Positions 63,887-64,000 of a stretch of DNA of 64,000 nt are shown piece by piece (position 1 is the first letter of the stretch; each line of letters begins with the position of its first letter). Origin of the DNA: Sminthopsis crassicaudata (Eukaryota); NCBI RefSeq assembly GCF_048593235.1, contig NC_133619.1, positions 583,351,963 to 583,415,962 on the forward strand. The letters are read 5' to 3'. The notes under the pieces were generated by a model that did no database searches, had not been told where the DNA came from, and saw nothing but the letters and a program-made list of their open reading frames with translations. Position numbers and translations under genes: made by a program.

Positions 63887-64000
63887 TCAACGGATTTGCT
63901 GGGTCTTGACACTGTAGATCACAGGGTTCATTAAGGGTGGAAAGAGCACTGAGACTGTGCCCATAAGCACATGCACAACGGGAGAAGCATGGTGCCCAAA
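63887..64000 (-). pseudogene. 3' end of a duplicate of the 49795-50742 OR with a premature TGA (truncated allele or pseudogene); continues beyond the window
   Basis: Reads [37 protein letters not shown] with 4 differences in 114 bp versus 49834-49947. CGA>TGA at 63889-63887, followed by a 2-bp deletion downstream of the new stop. Confidence 0.8.

Noticed and set aside
1-64000. CRISPR arrays, tRNA/rRNA genes, globin genes, intact transposase/RT, or a novel multi-gene system
   Set aside because: None seen. The tRNA-like boxes belong to SINE heads, and all long ORFs are olfactory receptors.

Overview
This is AT-rich, CpG-depleted marsupial genomic DNA. WSINE1-type CORE-SINEs and marsupial L1 3' ends point to an Australian marsupial, probably a dasyurid (inference). 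The window holds part of a class I olfactory receptor (OR51) cluster. There are five intact single-exon OR ORFs: two OR51Q1-like paralogs (-), a divergent OR51B4-like (-) / OR51B6-like (+) pair, and one further OR51 gene (-, possibly subfamily K). The 3' end of a sixth gene, a duplicate of the fifth with a premature stop, runs off the right edge. Intergenic DNA is mostly L1, L2 and SINE fragments plus at least 10 solo-LTR-like elements, several with verified target-site duplications (TSDs). It also contains a degenerate 7SL retrocopy, microsatellites and two N gaps. I find no support for a wholly new biological system. The most notable observations are a sharply bounded gene-conversion-like tract between the OR51Q1 paralogs, the nonsense-truncated OR duplicate, a strong CTCF-like site and an O/E-motif island between the divergent OR51B genes, a sense L1 insertion just after an OR stop codon, and readable 5'UTR exon/promoter structures. 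All names rest on recalled family sequences; no database search was run.
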